A stretch of 64,000 nucleotides of DNA from an uncultured beta proteobacterium (GCA_903928055.1 CAIYPG010000113.1:128850-192849), one strand, 5' to 3'. Shown: positions 44,529 to 54,614, counted from the stretch's first letter. A program made the numbers and translations. Notes: generated by a model not told the origin, from the letters alone.

Positions 44529-45461
44529 ATGTCCAAGGCACCTGAGTCACCTTCCTCCCCGGCCCCAACGCACCACGCCCACGTCCTGCCACCTTCGGTC
44601 TACGGGCTCGTGGCAGCGCTGTCCCTGGTGTGGGGCTTCAACTGGCCGGTCATCAAGGTCGTGCTCGCGGAAATGGCCCCCATGCACTTTCGCGCTTGGT
44701 GCCTGGGGATTGGTGCGCTGGGCCTGTTTGCACTGGCGCGACTGAATGGCCTGCCGGTTCGCGTGCCAGGCGGCAAATGGGGGCGGCTCATCCTCATTGC
44801 AGTGTTCAACATGCTCGCCTGGAATGTCCTCGCGGTGTACGCAATCGGCATGATGGATTCGGGCCGTGCCGCCATCCTCGGCTACACCATGCCGGTGTGG
44901 GCCATGTTGCTGGGTTTCTGGCTGCTGGGCGAGCCGGTGACGCGGCGCAAGCTGGTTGGTCTGGGCCTGGGCATTGCCGGCATGCTGCTGCTGATTGGCG
45001 GCGAAATCGGGACGGTTGGCGCTTCGCCCCTCGGGGCGCTGCTGATGATTGTCGCCGCGGTCACCTGGGCATTGGGCATCATCATGATCAAGCGCTGGCC
45101 GATCGGCCTGCCCATGACTTCATTCGGCGCCTGGCAGATGGCCCTGTCGTTGCCACCGATGTGGCTGGGCGCGCTGTTGTTCGAGGAAGGCAGCTTCTCG
45201 CCGCTCAGCCTCAGCCCGTGGCCGCTGGCCGGCCTGATCTACAACGCCGCGCTGGCTTTCATTTTCGGCAACTGGGCATGGATGAAAATCGCCACCACTG
45301 CGCCGGTGGGGGTGTCTTCGCTGTCCACACTGATGATTCCGGTGATTGGCGTATTCAGCGGCATGCTGGTGCTGGGCGAACAGCCGCATTGGACCGATTA
45401 TGCAGCACTGATACTGGTGTGCGCGTCACTGGCGACGGTGCTGCTGCCCTCGCGTAAATAG
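44529..45461 (+). CDS. DMT superfamily (EamA-like) transporter
   Basis: Trimmed to 'MSKAPESPSS...'. About 10 TM segments in two EamA-type repeats. Confidence 0.75.
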   Translation: MSKAPESPSSPAPTHHAHVLPPSVYGLVAALSLVWGFNWPVIKVVLAEMAPMHFRAWCLGIGALGLFALARLNGLPVRVPGGKWGRLILIAVFNMLAWNVLAVYAIGMMDSGRAAILGYTMPVWAMLLGFWLLGEPVTRRKLVGLGLGIAGMLLLIGGEIGTVGASPLGALLMIVAAVTWALGIIMIKRWPIGLPMTSFGAWQMALSLPPMWLGALLFEEGSFSPLSLSPWPLAGLIYNAALAFIFGNWAWMKIATTAPVGVSSLSTLMIPVIGVFSGMLVLGEQPHWTDYAALILVCASLATVLLPSRK

Positions 45462-45464
45462 CAC

Positions 45465-46400
45465 CTACACCATCAGCGCTGGCAGCGCGCGTACCCGTGG
45501 CACTGCGCCAATGCTCCAATGCCGCCGCGCCCAGTCCAGCACTTCGCGAGCATCGGCTCCGACCAATCCCGCAGGCGGCGCCTGGCCGAGGAAGGCAAGC
45601 GCAGCATTCAGCGCTTCGGCGGCCTTGCGAACGGTGATGGCTGGCGCATAGGTTTGCTTGGACAGCTTTTCGCCTTGCGCGTTGACCGCCACCGGCAGGT
45701 GCGCGTAACGCAGCGCCGGCAGTCCGAGCAGGCGCTGAAGGTGCATCTGGCGCGGAGTTGAGTCGAGCAGGTCGGCGCCGCGCACCACGTCGGTGATGCC
45801 CTGTTCCGCGTCGTCCACGACGACCGCCAGCTGGTAGGCGAACAATCCGTCGGCGCGCTTCACCACGAAGTCACCAATGTCGCTCTCCAGGTTCTGTTCG
45901 ATGTGCCCCTGGATAAGGTCGTTGAAGCCCAGCACTGTGTTTGCGACATTGATGCGCCAGGAACGCGGCAGGCGGCCTGGTGCGAGACCGTTGCGGCAGG
46001 TGCCGGGATAGATTTTTTCGCCTGATGCCGCATCGAAGGCATGGACCGGATGCGCAGATGAGTCCGGCAGTGTGGAGTCGGCGATTTCGCGGCGGGTGCA
46101 TGCGCAGGCAAACAGGCGTCCGGTCGTACCCAGTCGTTCGAACGCGGCGGCGTAGACGTCGGTGCGCCGGCTCTGGTACAGCACCTCGCCGTCCCACTCC
46201 AGGCCGCAGGCCTCCAGCGTGGCGAGGATGGCGTCGGCCGCGCCCGACACACGCCGCGGCCAGTCGATGTCCTCCATGCGCACCAGCCACTCACCGCCCC
46301 GGCTGCGCGCGTCCAGCCAGCTGCCGAGTGCGGCCACCAGTGAGCCGAAGTGCAGCGGCCCGGTGGGTGAGGGGGCGAAGCGGCCTCGATAGGCTGTCAT
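45465..46400 (-). CDS. gluQ: tRNA glutamyl-Q(34) synthetase GluQRS
   Basis: Trimmed to 'MTAYRGRFAPSPTGPLHFGSLVAALGSWLDARSRGGEWLVRMEDID'. Truncated GluRS catalytic domain of about 311 aa. KMSKS-like 'KLSKQ'. Confidence 0.85.
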   Translation of the reverse strand: MTAYRGRFAPSPTGPLHFGSLVAALGSWLDARSRGGEWLVRMEDIDWPRRVSGAADAILATLEACGLEWDGEVLYQSRRTDVYAAAFERLGTTGRLFACACTRREIADSTLPDSSAHPVHAFDAASGEKIYPGTCRNGLAPGRLPRSWRINVANTVLGFNDLIQGHIEQNLESDIGDFVVKRADGLFAYQLAVVVDDAEQGITDVVRGADLLDSTPRQMHLQRLLGLPALRYAHLPVAVNAQGEKLSKQTYAPAITVRKAAEALNAALAFLGQAPPAGLVGADAREVLDWARRHWSIGAVPRVRALPALMV

Positions 46401-46588
46401 GGGTGTTTTGCTGTTTCGCGCTTTTGCGAAGTTAGTGTGTTTGCCGTCAATTGATACTACACAACCCGAGCGCACAGGTGGTCATGCATGCATGAAATTG
46501 TCATCGGCGACGGCAGTCTGGGGCGGAGCGGGCGAGGCTTGGCCTTCGCGCTATACTGGTTTGCATCACATCAAACGGACACGCCGAC

Positions 46589-46987
46589 ATGACGACCATT
46601 GCGCTCACCAAGGACAATTTCGAGGAAATCGTGACCGGCAACGACATGGTCGTGGTCGATTTCTGGGCCTCGTGGTGCGGGCCATGCCGGGCATTCGCGC
46701 CGACTTTCGAGGCGGCCTCCGAAAAACATCCCGACGTGGTCTTTGCCAAGGTGGACACCGAGGCGGAGCAGGAGCTGGCCGGTGCCTTCAACATCCGCTC
46801 CATTCCCACATTGATGGTGTTCCGCGAAAAGGTCATTCTGTACTCGGAGGCCGGCGCACTGCCGCCACCGGCTTTGGAAGAGGTGATCACGAAGGCCAGG
46901 GCGCTGGACATGGCCGAAGTGCACCGGGAAATTGCAGAGCAGCGCAATATGGGCGAGGCGGGCAATGATGGAGCCGCGCCCGCCTGA
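46589..46987 (+). CDS. Thioredoxin
   Basis: 132 aa. Active site 'WASWCGPCR'. 'IRSIPTLMVF'. Has a short C-terminal extension. Confidence 0.85.
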   Translation: MTTIALTKDNFEEIVTGNDMVVVDFWASWCGPCRAFAPTFEAASEKHPDVVFAKVDTEAEQELAGAFNIRSIPTLMVFREKVILYSEAGALPPPALEEVITKARALDMAEVHREIAEQRNMGEAGNDGAAPA

Positions 46988-47079
46988 TCGCGTTGCCGCG
47001 TAAATGGGTGGCGGCTTTAAATCGCGCGCTTCATCCCCATGTATCTTTCTTAATTCCGGGGAAGCATGGGGGAATCAAG

Positions 47080-47775
47080 ATGATTGAAATCCGCAAATCC
47101 GCCGATCGTGGTTATGCCGATCATGGCTGGCTGAAGTCCTTTCACAGTTTTTCCTTCGCCGGGTATCGCGACCCGCGCCACGACAGCTTCGGCAGCCTGC
47201 GGGTCATCAATGAAGACCGCATTGAGGCGGGCACCGGTTTCGGCACGCATGGCCATCGCGACATGGAAATCATCAGCTACGTGCTGGAAGGCGCGCTTGC
47301 CCACAAGGACAGCATGGGCAATGGCTCGACCATTGTGCCGGGCGACGTGCAGCGCATGAGCGCCGGCCGCGGCGTCATGCACAGCGAACATAACGCCGGC
47401 GACGCGCAAACCCATTTCCTGCAGATCTGGATACAGCCGGCCGAGGCGGGCATTGCACCGGGTTACGAGCAGAAGCATTTCGACGCAGTCTCCAAGCGTG
47501 GCATGCTGCGGCTGATTGCCTCGCCGGATGGCCGCGATGGATCAGTGCTGATCCATCAGGACGCGTATCTCTATGCCACGCTCCTGGGTACCGGGCAGCG
47601 ACTTGTGCATGCACTGGCAGGCGGACGCCGCGCCTATGTGCATGTGGTGCGCGGCCGTGCAACGGTGAGTGGCAAAGTGCTCGAAGCAGGCGATGCACTG
47701 AAGGCCGATGACGTTGCAGAGATCGTCCTGGAGAATGCCGACGATGCCGAGGTCCTGCTGTTCGATCTGGACTGA
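47080..47775 (+). CDS. Pirin family protein
   Basis: Trimmed to 'MIEIRKSADRGYADHGWLKSFHSFSFAGY...GFGTHGHRDMEIISYVLEG'. Confidence 0.85.
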   Translation: MIEIRKSADRGYADHGWLKSFHSFSFAGYRDPRHDSFGSLRVINEDRIEAGTGFGTHGHRDMEIISYVLEGALAHKDSMGNGSTIVPGDVQRMSAGRGVMHSEHNAGDAQTHFLQIWIQPAEAGIAPGYEQKHFDAVSKRGMLRLIASPDGRDGSVLIHQDAYLYATLLGTGQRLVHALAGGRRAYVHVVRGRATVSGKVLEAGDALKADDVAEIVLENADDAEVLLFDLD

Positions 47776-47883
47776 TGACAGGCCGCGAAAACGCTGCACA
47801 TCAGAACTGTGTCGGGCTGGCAGTATTATTGATCTATAATAATGATAATAATTTATTAATAAAGTCTCTTTGAATAATGATTA

Positions 47884-48783
47884 ATGCGTAATATTGATCA
47901 TATTGTCAGTAGTGTGAAGGCATCCCCGGCGCCGGGTCTTGTCGTGGATCGTCCGCTGCCCTCGCCGCAGGTGGAATACATCAGTCCCTTTCTGATGATC
48001 GACCATTTCGGGCCCACGACGGTACCCGCCCGCGAAAACGGCGGGGCAGGGCTCTCACCACATCCCCATCGCGGGTTCGAGACCGTGACGCTGCTGCTCG
48101 ACGGCGCTATGGAGCATCGCGATTCGGCCGGCAATCACGGCGTGCTGCGTCCGGGTGACGTGCAGTGGATGACGGCGGCACGCGGCATCCTGCATGCGGA
48201 ATACCATGAAGCGGAATTTGCACGGACCGGCGGCTCGCTGCACGGCTTGCAGCTTTGGATAAACCTGCCGCGTCGTTTCAAAATGTCGCCCCCGGCCTAT
48301 CAGGATCTGACCGCTGCACGCATCCCGGTGGTCGAGGAGCGTGATGCCACGGTACGCGCTTCGGTGCGCGTCATTGCCGGCGAATTCGGCGGCATTGCCG
48401 GCCCGGCACGAACATTTACACCACTGCTGGTGCTGCATGTCCGGCTGCGGGCCGGAGCGATGCTGGAAGTGCCGGTTGAAGGCGGTGAAAAATCGGGCTG
48501 GAATGCGCTGGCCTACGTGATCGAAGGTGCCGCCGTGGCACGCACGCCGGAGGGCGATGTCCCGCTGGCGGCACGGCAAATGGCGGTGTTTGCGCGCCAG
48601 GGCGGCGCGCTGTCCCTGTTCTCCGATGCCGGCGCGCAGGTGCTGATCCTTGCCGGCGAGCCGATCGACGAGCCGGTGGCGAGCTGGGGTCCCTTCGTAA
48701 TGAATACACAGCAGGAGATCCTGCAGGCGCGCAGCGACTTCAGTGCCGGCCTCATGGGACGGCTGGAAGGTGTGCCCTACTGA
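47884..48783 (+). CDS. Pirin family protein (longer paralog)
   Basis: 299 aa. 'FLMIDHFGP...HPHRGFETVTLLLDGAMEHRDSAGN'. The first ~12 codons are AT-rich. Confidence 0.85.
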   Translation: MRNIDHIVSSVKASPAPGLVVDRPLPSPQVEYISPFLMIDHFGPTTVPARENGGAGLSPHPHRGFETVTLLLDGAMEHRDSAGNHGVLRPGDVQWMTAARGILHAEYHEAEFARTGGSLHGLQLWINLPRRFKMSPPAYQDLTAARIPVVEERDATVRASVRVIAGEFGGIAGPARTFTPLLVLHVRLRAGAMLEVPVEGGEKSGWNALAYVIEGAAVARTPEGDVPLAARQMAVFARQGGALSLFSDAGAQVLILAGEPIDEPVASWGPFVMNTQQEILQARSDFSAGLMGRLEGVPY

Positions 48784-48864
48784 TTCAGTGCGTCAGCGTA
48801 CGATCAGCAGTTTCATTGCTGTGGTAATTTATCCGTTCATTCGATCCCGATCCAAGGAGGCAGC

Positions 48865-49344
48865 ATGAGCAAAATGGCCATCAACACTGGCATCAGCGCC
48901 AAGGACCGCGAAAAAATCGCCCATGGACTTTCGCGCCTGCTGGCGGACACCTACGTGGTGTATCTCAAGACACATAATTTCCATTGGAACGTCACGGGGC
49001 CGATGTTCAACACCCTGCACCTGATGTTCATGACCCAGTACAACGAGTTGTGGCTGGCGCTCGATCTGATTGCTGAGCGCATTCGTTCGCTGGGTCATCC
49101 TGCGCCCGGTACCTATGCGGAGTTTTCCAAACTGGCCTCGATCAAGGAAACCCCGGGCGTGCCGAAGGCCGAACAGATGCTGAAACTGCTGGTCGAGGGC
49201 AACGAGGCCATTGTGAAGACCGCGCGCTCCGTGCTGCCGCTGGCGGACAAGGCCAGCGATGAGCCCACCACTGATCTTCTGACACAGCGCATGCAAATAC
49301 ATGAGAAGAACGCCTGGATGCTGCGCAGCATGCTGGAGAAATAG
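48865..49344 (+). CDS. dps: Dps family DNA-binding ferritin-like protein
   Basis: 159 aa. '[49 protein letters not shown]'. AAGGAGG upstream. Confidence 0.85.
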   Translation: MSKMAINTGISAKDREKIAHGLSRLLADTYVVYLKTHNFHWNVTGPMFNTLHLMFMTQYNELWLALDLIAERIRSLGHPAPGTYAEFSKLASIKETPGVPKAEQMLKLLVEGNEAIVKTARSVLPLADKASDEPTTDLLTQRMQIHEKNAWMLRSMLEK

Positions 49345-49347
49345 CGC

Positions 49348-49923
49348 GTGGCCATCAGGATCCTCGCCTTCTCCGGCAGCGCCCGCAAGGATTCGCTGAA
49401 CAAGAAGCTCATCCGCGTTGCAGTTGCGGCGGCGACTGCGGCCGGCGGCGAGGTGACGCTCATCGACCTCGATGATTATCCCATGCCGGTGTATCACGGC
49501 GACCTTGAAATACGCGAAGGGGTGCCCGAGAACGGGAGAAAGCTGAAGAAGCTGTTCTCCGATCACCAGGGACTGTTGATTTCGTCACCCGAGAACAATG
49601 CCTCGATGTCTTCGCTGCTGAAGAACACACTGGACTGGGTGTCGCGTGCCGCCGATGGCCAGAATGGCCTCGTGCCCTACCAGAACAAGGTGGCGCTGCT
49701 GCTGGCCGCCTCGCCCGGCGCGCTGGGCGGGCTGCGCGGGTTGGTGCACCTCCGGCAGACGCTGCAGGCGCTGACCGTGCTCGTGCTCTCCGAACAGTTC
49801 GCGCTGATGCGCGCGCACGAGCAGTTCGATGCCACTGGCGCGCTTACCGATCCGAAGATGCGCGCCTCCCTCGACGGGATGACGCGGCGGCTGGTCGAAG
49901 TCACGACGCGGCTGTCGGGCTGA
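49348..49923 (+). CDS. NADPH-dependent FMN reductase family protein
   Basis: 191 aa. GTG start 3 nt after the dps stop. 'IRILAFSGSARKDSLNKKL...LLISSPENNASMSSLLKNTLDW'. Confidence 0.8.
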   Translation: MAIRILAFSGSARKDSLNKKLIRVAVAAATAAGGEVTLIDLDDYPMPVYHGDLEIREGVPENGRKLKKLFSDHQGLLISSPENNASMSSLLKNTLDWVSRAADGQNGLVPYQNKVALLLAASPGALGGLRGLVHLRQTLQALTVLVLSEQFALMRAHEQFDATGALTDPKMRASLDGMTRRLVEVTTRLSG

Positions 49924-49976
49924 ACCTCCGGCGTCGACAACGGTTTCCCTGAACGGCACGCTGTTCATCTGACGCC

Positions 49977-51836
49977 ATGCACTTCCTTCCCGTCGCCGCG
50001 GTTTTTCTCCTGACTGCGGTGGTCCTTGTGCCGCTGTTCAAGCGACTGAAGCTGGGCGCGGTGCTCGGCTATTTGGCTGCGGGCATGCTGATCGGGCCGT
50101 GGGGGCTGGGCCTCATCGGTGGCGCCCACAGCATGGGTGGTACCGATGGCGCGACCGATGCGGTGGGCGAGACGCTGGAATTCGCAGAGTTCGGGGTCGT
50201 GCTGCTGTTGTTTCTGGTGGGGCTGGAACTTGAGCCGCGCCGTCTGTGGGTGTTGCGCCGCCCCGTGTTCGGCCTGGGGGGCGCGCAGGTTGCCCTGAGC
50301 GGCCTTTTGCTTGGTGCAATTGCGATGGTCTTCGGGCTGTCATGGCAGGCGGCTTTCGTGATTGGTGTCGGACTGGCCATGTCATCCACTGCACTGGTGC
50401 TGTCTTCGCTCTCGGAGCGCGGCCAGCTTGCCGCGCGCCACGGCCGGGAGTCGTTTGCCGTGCTGCTGTTCCAGGACCTTGCGGTGATTCCGCTGCTGGC
50501 CCTGCTGCCGCTGCTCGACGGCGATGCGGGCAGCGGAGGCGGCGGCTGGCTGGCTGCAGCCAAGGGCATTGCGGTCATTCTTGTCGTTGTTGCAGGCAGC
50601 CGGCTGGTCGTGCGCCCTGCGCTGAAGGCGGTGGCGAACTATGGCGGGCGTGAAGTGTTCACAGCCGCTGCTTTGTTGCTGGTGGTCGGTGCCGCGCTCA
50701 TCATGACCTCCATCGGTCTGTCGATGTCGCTGGGCGCGTTCCTCGCCGGCGTTCTGCTCGCTGACTCGGAATTCCGCCACGAGCTCGAGGCGGATATCGA
50801 ACCGTTCAAGGGCCTGCTGTTGGGGCTGTTCTTCATGGCAGTGGGCATGAGTGCGAACCTCGGCCTGTTCGCCGCGCAGCCGTTGACCGTGCTGGGCCTT
50901 GCCCTGCTGCTGATCGTGGTAAAGCTGGCTGCGTTGTTTGCGCTGGCACGCATCGCTGGAACCGCGAAGGAATCGGCACTGCGGCTGGCGGTGGCACTGG
51001 CACAGGGCGGCGAGTTCGCCTTCGTGCTGTTCTCTGCGGCCGGTGGCTTTGGCATCCTTCAGGAGCAGACCGTGCAGATGCTGGTGCTGGTGGTGACCGT
51101 GTCGATGCTGCTTGCCCCACTGATGTTCGTGTTTCAGGATCGCGTGGTCGATCCGTGGCTGGTGCGCGGCGATGAGCCGGAATACGATACGATCGATGGC
51201 GCCGGGAATCCGGTGATCATCGCCGGCTTCGGCCGTGTCGGGCAGATTGTCTCGCGCGTGCTGCGCATGAGCGGCATTCCCTTTACCGCCCTCGAGGCCA
51301 GTTACCAGCAGGTGGATTTCGTGCGGCGCTTCGGCAGCAAGGTGTATTACGGCGATGCCTCTCGCCTGGAACTGCTGCATGCAGCGCATGCCGGCGAGGC
51401 AAAGCTGTTTGTACTGGCCATCGACGATGTTGAGGCCTCGGTTCGCACTGCCGAGGTGGTGCGCCGGCATTTCCCGAACCTGCCCATCGTTGCCCGGGCT
51501 CGCAATCGCGTGCACTTGTTCCGTTTGCGCGACCTTGGCGTGAAGGACGTTTTCCGCGAGACCTTCCCGAGCAGCCTTGACATGGCGCGCCTTGCGCTGT
51601 TGCGCATGGGCATGGGTGCGGCGGCGACCGAGCGCGCCGTGTCCATGTTCCGCCGCCACGATGAGGCGCAGCTCGATGCGCAGTACGCCGTCCAGAACGA
51701 CGAGGCGCAACTGATCCAGACGGCCCAGCAGGCCGCCGAACAATTGCGCGAATTGTTCGAAAGCGATGTGGCCGGGCCCGAAGCTAGGGTCAGCGCGTCC
51801 GGAAAGGCGGCGGGCAAAGGGGATCACGCAGGGTAA
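49977..51836 (+). CDS. Glutathione-regulated K+ efflux antiporter, KefB/KefC family (CPA2 with C-terminal KTN/RCK domain)
   Basis: 619 aa. Na/H-exchanger-type membrane domain plus 'VIIAGFGRVGQIVSRVL' (Rossmann GxGxxG of the KTN domain). Confidence 0.85.
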   Translation: MHFLPVAAVFLLTAVVLVPLFKRLKLGAVLGYLAAGMLIGPWGLGLIGGAHSMGGTDGATDAVGETLEFAEFGVVLLLFLVGLELEPRRLWVLRRPVFGLGGAQVALSGLLLGAIAMVFGLSWQAAFVIGVGLAMSSTALVLSSLSERGQLAARHGRESFAVLLFQDLAVIPLLALLPLLDGDAGSGGGGWLAAAKGIAVILVVVAGSRLVVRPALKAVANYGGREVFTAAALLLVVGAALIMTSIGLSMSLGAFLAGVLLADSEFRHELEADIEPFKGLLLGLFFMAVGMSANLGLFAAQPLTVLGLALLLIVVKLAALFALARIAGTAKESALRLAVALAQGGEFAFVLFSAAGGFGILQEQTVQMLVLVVTVSMLLAPLMFVFQDRVVDPWLVRGDEPEYDTIDGAGNPVIIAGFGRVGQIVSRVLRMSGIPFTALEASYQQVDFVRRFGSKVYYGDASRLELLHAAHAGEAKLFVLAIDDVEASVRTAEVVRRHFPNLPIVARARNRVHLFRLRDLGVKDVFRETFPSSLDMARLALLRMGMGAAATERAVSMFRRHDEAQLDAQYAVQNDEAQLIQTAQQAAEQLRELFESDVAGPEARVSASGKAAGKGDHAG

Positions 51837-51845
51837 AATGCGCGG

Positions 51846-52487
51846 ATGAAATCGCTGGTCATCCTGATCTCCGGGCGCGGCAGCAACATGCAGTCCATCG
51901 TCGAGGCCGCAGCCGCCGAGCAATGGCCGGCGCGCATCGCCGCTGTCATCAGCAACCGCCCCGATGCCGCCGGACTGGCGTGGGCACAGTCACGTGGCAT
52001 CGAAACCCGTGTCCTGGATCATCGCGGCTTTGCCACGCGCGAGGCATTTGATGCCGTGCTGTCGGCGATGATCGACGAATATTCACCGGACGCCGTTGCA
52101 CTGGCCGGCTTCATGCGCGTGCTGACGCCGGCGTTCGTGCAGCACTACGAAGGCCGTTTGCTGAACATCCATCCGTCGCTGCTGCCGGCCTTCCCCGGTC
52201 TGAAGACCCATCGCGCTGCGCTGGATGCCGGTGTGAAGGAGCATGGCTGCACCGTGCACTTCGTCACCGCGGAACTGGACCATGGCCCGATCATTGCCCA
52301 AGCCGTCGTGCCAGTGTCGCCGGGCGACGACGAAACGACGCTGGCGGCGCGTGTGCTGGAGCAGGAGCACCGCATTTATCCGCGCGCCGTGCGCTGGTTG
52401 CTGGAGGACAAACTGGTCATCGCCGATGGCAGGGTGCACGTCAGGGAAGAAGATGGAACGGTGAAAGCCGTTCTCCTGTCTGACTGA
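51846..52487 (+). CDS. purN: Phosphoribosylglycinamide formyltransferase
   Basis: 213 aa. 'LVILISGRGSNMQSI', 'LNIHPSLLP', 'HGCTVHFVTAELDHGPII'. Confidence 0.9.
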   Translation: MKSLVILISGRGSNMQSIVEAAAAEQWPARIAAVISNRPDAAGLAWAQSRGIETRVLDHRGFATREAFDAVLSAMIDEYSPDAVALAGFMRVLTPAFVQHYEGRLLNIHPSLLPAFPGLKTHRAALDAGVKEHGCTVHFVTAELDHGPIIAQAVVPVSPGDDETTLAARVLEQEHRIYPRAVRWLLEDKLVIADGRVHVREEDGTVKAVLLSD

Positions 52488-52488
52488 G

Positions 52489-53226
52489 ATGAAAATCATG
52501 AAACGCGGTTTCCCTTCCCTCTCATTGCTGGTTTTGGCGGCACTGCTGCTCATGTCGCTGACGGCGCATGCGCTGCCGCCGCAACGCGTGGTGATCGAAT
52601 ACGACATGAGCTACAACGGTACCGCGATGGCCGAGGCGGTGGACCGTATCGAGCATGACGGCAGGACCTACACGCTCAGCGAGGAGGTCAAGGGCAAGGG
52701 CATGTATGCACTGGTCCGTTCCGGCTCGGCGAAGCGGTCGGCACGTGGCACCATCGTCGGCGGATTGAAGCCCGCCGAGTTCCGTGACAGGCGTGGCAAC
52801 GCGGACGAGAACGTGGCGCGCTTTGACTGGTCGAAGTCCGCCCTCACGCAGGGCCCGGAGGGCAAGGCCGAGACGCGGCCAATGGCGACTGCATCCGGAG
52901 AAGTGCTGTCCGATCGCCTGAGTTTTCTGTGGACGTTTGCGTTCGGTCCCGCCGATGCGCTGAAGCCCGGCAGCGAAGTGATGGTCCAGTTGTCCGACGG
53001 CAAGGGTCTGAGCAGTTTCCGCTATCGCGTGACGGGCGCCGAATCGCTGCAGACGCCGGCCGGCAGCCTGAAAACCGTGAAGCTTGTGAAACAACTCGAA
53101 GGCGGTGATCAGCGCGGCACTGAAATCTGGCTGGCGATCGATCGCCACTGGTTGCCGGTGCGTATCCTGGTGATCGAGAAGGATGGTGCGCGCATCGACC
53201 AGGTGGCGCGGCGCATTGAGCCGTAG
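52489..53226 (+). CDS. DUF3108-like secreted protein
   Basis: 245 aa. Signal peptide 'LSLLVLAALLLMSLTAHA'. The family assignment is from memory of the purN-adjacent DUF3108 proteins in Betaproteobacteria. Confidence 0.55.
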   Translation: MKIMKRGFPSLSLLVLAALLLMSLTAHALPPQRVVIEYDMSYNGTAMAEAVDRIEHDGRTYTLSEEVKGKGMYALVRSGSAKRSARGTIVGGLKPAEFRDRRGNADENVARFDWSKSALTQGPEGKAETRPMATASGEVLSDRLSFLWTFAFGPADALKPGSEVMVQLSDGKGLSSFRYRVTGAESLQTPAGSLKTVKLVKQLEGGDQRGTEIWLAIDRHWLPVRILVIEKDGARIDQVARRIEP

Positions 53227-53357
53227 ACCCGCCGTTCTAGTGGCGGAACATTCAGGATGACGTGACAGAATCACCGTCACGGCCTCCGATTCACCGGTGC
53301 ATGACGAGGCGGTCTGCATTACTGCCCGTAGGGCGCCTTCATATTTTCAGGAATCAA

Positions 53358-54614
53358 ATGCGTTTCTCCGCTCCACTGCTTGAACTCTGCGCGCTGGCGC
53401 TGGCTGATGTCGCGCGCTTCGGGCATCCCGCCGATGCGGTGCTGTCGAATTTCTTCCGCAACCATCGTGAGGCCGGCCGCCAGGACCGGGCACTGATCGC
53501 GGACACGATCTATTCCGGTCTGCGCCGCTGGCGCCTTCTTCAGACCATTGCGGCTGGTGCGGGTTTCCGCGAACTCGTGCTGGCGATCTGGGCCACCCAA
53601 CTGGGCGCGAACCTGCGTGAACTCGAACCTTTCCTCAAGAAGGGCGAAGCCGAACGGTTGGCGGCCATCAAGCTTGCAGCCAAGGAGCCGCAGGACTTTG
53701 CAGTGGAGTGCGACCTGCCCGACTGGGTGATCGAACAATTGCGCCTGCGCTGGAACGACGCCACGCTTATGACGCATGCAAAGGCATTGCAGCAGCCAGC
53801 CTCGCTGGATCTGCGCGTCAACCTGCTCAAGGCGAATCGCGAGGATGTGCTGGCACGCCTTGCCGAGGAAAACATTGCTGCGAAGCCGACGCCTTACTCG
53901 CCGGCTGGCATACGCCTGGAAGGCAATCCCGCGATCAACCAGCACCCGCTGTATCTGGACGGTTCGGTCGAGGTGCAGGATGAGGGCAGCCAGTTGCTGG
54001 CCTGGTTCGTGGAGCCGCGGCGTGGCGAGATGGTGGTGGACCTGTGTGCGGGAGCCGGTGGCAAGACGCTGGCCATGGGCGCGTTGATGCGTTCCACCGG
54101 TCGGCTGTACGCCTTTGATGTGTCGCACAAGCGCCTTGAGAACCTCAGGCCGCGCATGGCCCGCTCGGGCCTGCAGAACGTCCATCCGCAGCGCATTACC
54201 GGCGAACGCGACACGCGGGTGAAGCGCCTGGCCGGGAAGATTGACCGCGTGCTGGTGGATGCGCCGTGCAGCGGCCTGGGCACGCTGCGCCGCAACCCCG
54301 ATTTGAAATACCGCCAGACCCCGCAGGCAGTGATCGAACTGTGTGCCAAGCAGGCGTCCATCCTCGAGGCGGCCGCACCCATGGTCAAACCGGGCGGGCG
54401 CCTGGTGTATGCGACCTGCAGCCTGCTGCCATTGGAGAACGAAGGGATCGTGCTCGACTTCCTTGGGCGCCATCCCGAATTCGTGCTGCAGCCGGCGGGT
54501 GAAATCCTGCGCCGCCAGAAAATCGCGGTGGAGTGCGGTGACTATCTGGAGCTGTCGCCGGCGCAGCATGGCACTGATGCGTTCTTTGCGGCGGCGCTGG
54601 AGCGCAAAGCCTGA
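53358..54614 (+). CDS. RsmB/NOP family class I SAM-dependent RNA (cytosine-C5) methyltransferase
   Basis: Trimmed to 'MRFSAPLLEL...'. SAM motif 'VVDLCAGAGGKT'. Catalytic 'DAPCSGLGTLRRNPD' and 'YATCSL'. Confidence 0.8.
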   Translation: MRFSAPLLELCALALADVARFGHPADAVLSNFFRNHREAGRQDRALIADTIYSGLRRWRLLQTIAAGAGFRELVLAIWATQLGANLRELEPFLKKGEAERLAAIKLAAKEPQDFAVECDLPDWVIEQLRLRWNDATLMTHAKALQQPASLDLRVNLLKANREDVLARLAEENIAAKPTPYSPAGIRLEGNPAINQHPLYLDGSVEVQDEGSQLLAWFVEPRRGEMVVDLCAGAGGKTLAMGALMRSTGRLYAFDVSHKRLENLRPRMARSGLQNVHPQRITGERDTRVKRLAGKIDRVLVDAPCSGLGTLRRNPDLKYRQTPQAVIELCAKQASILEAAAPMVKPGGRLVYATCSLLPLENEGIVLDFLGRHPEFVLQPAGEILRRQKIAVECGDYLELSPAQHGTDAFFAAALERKA

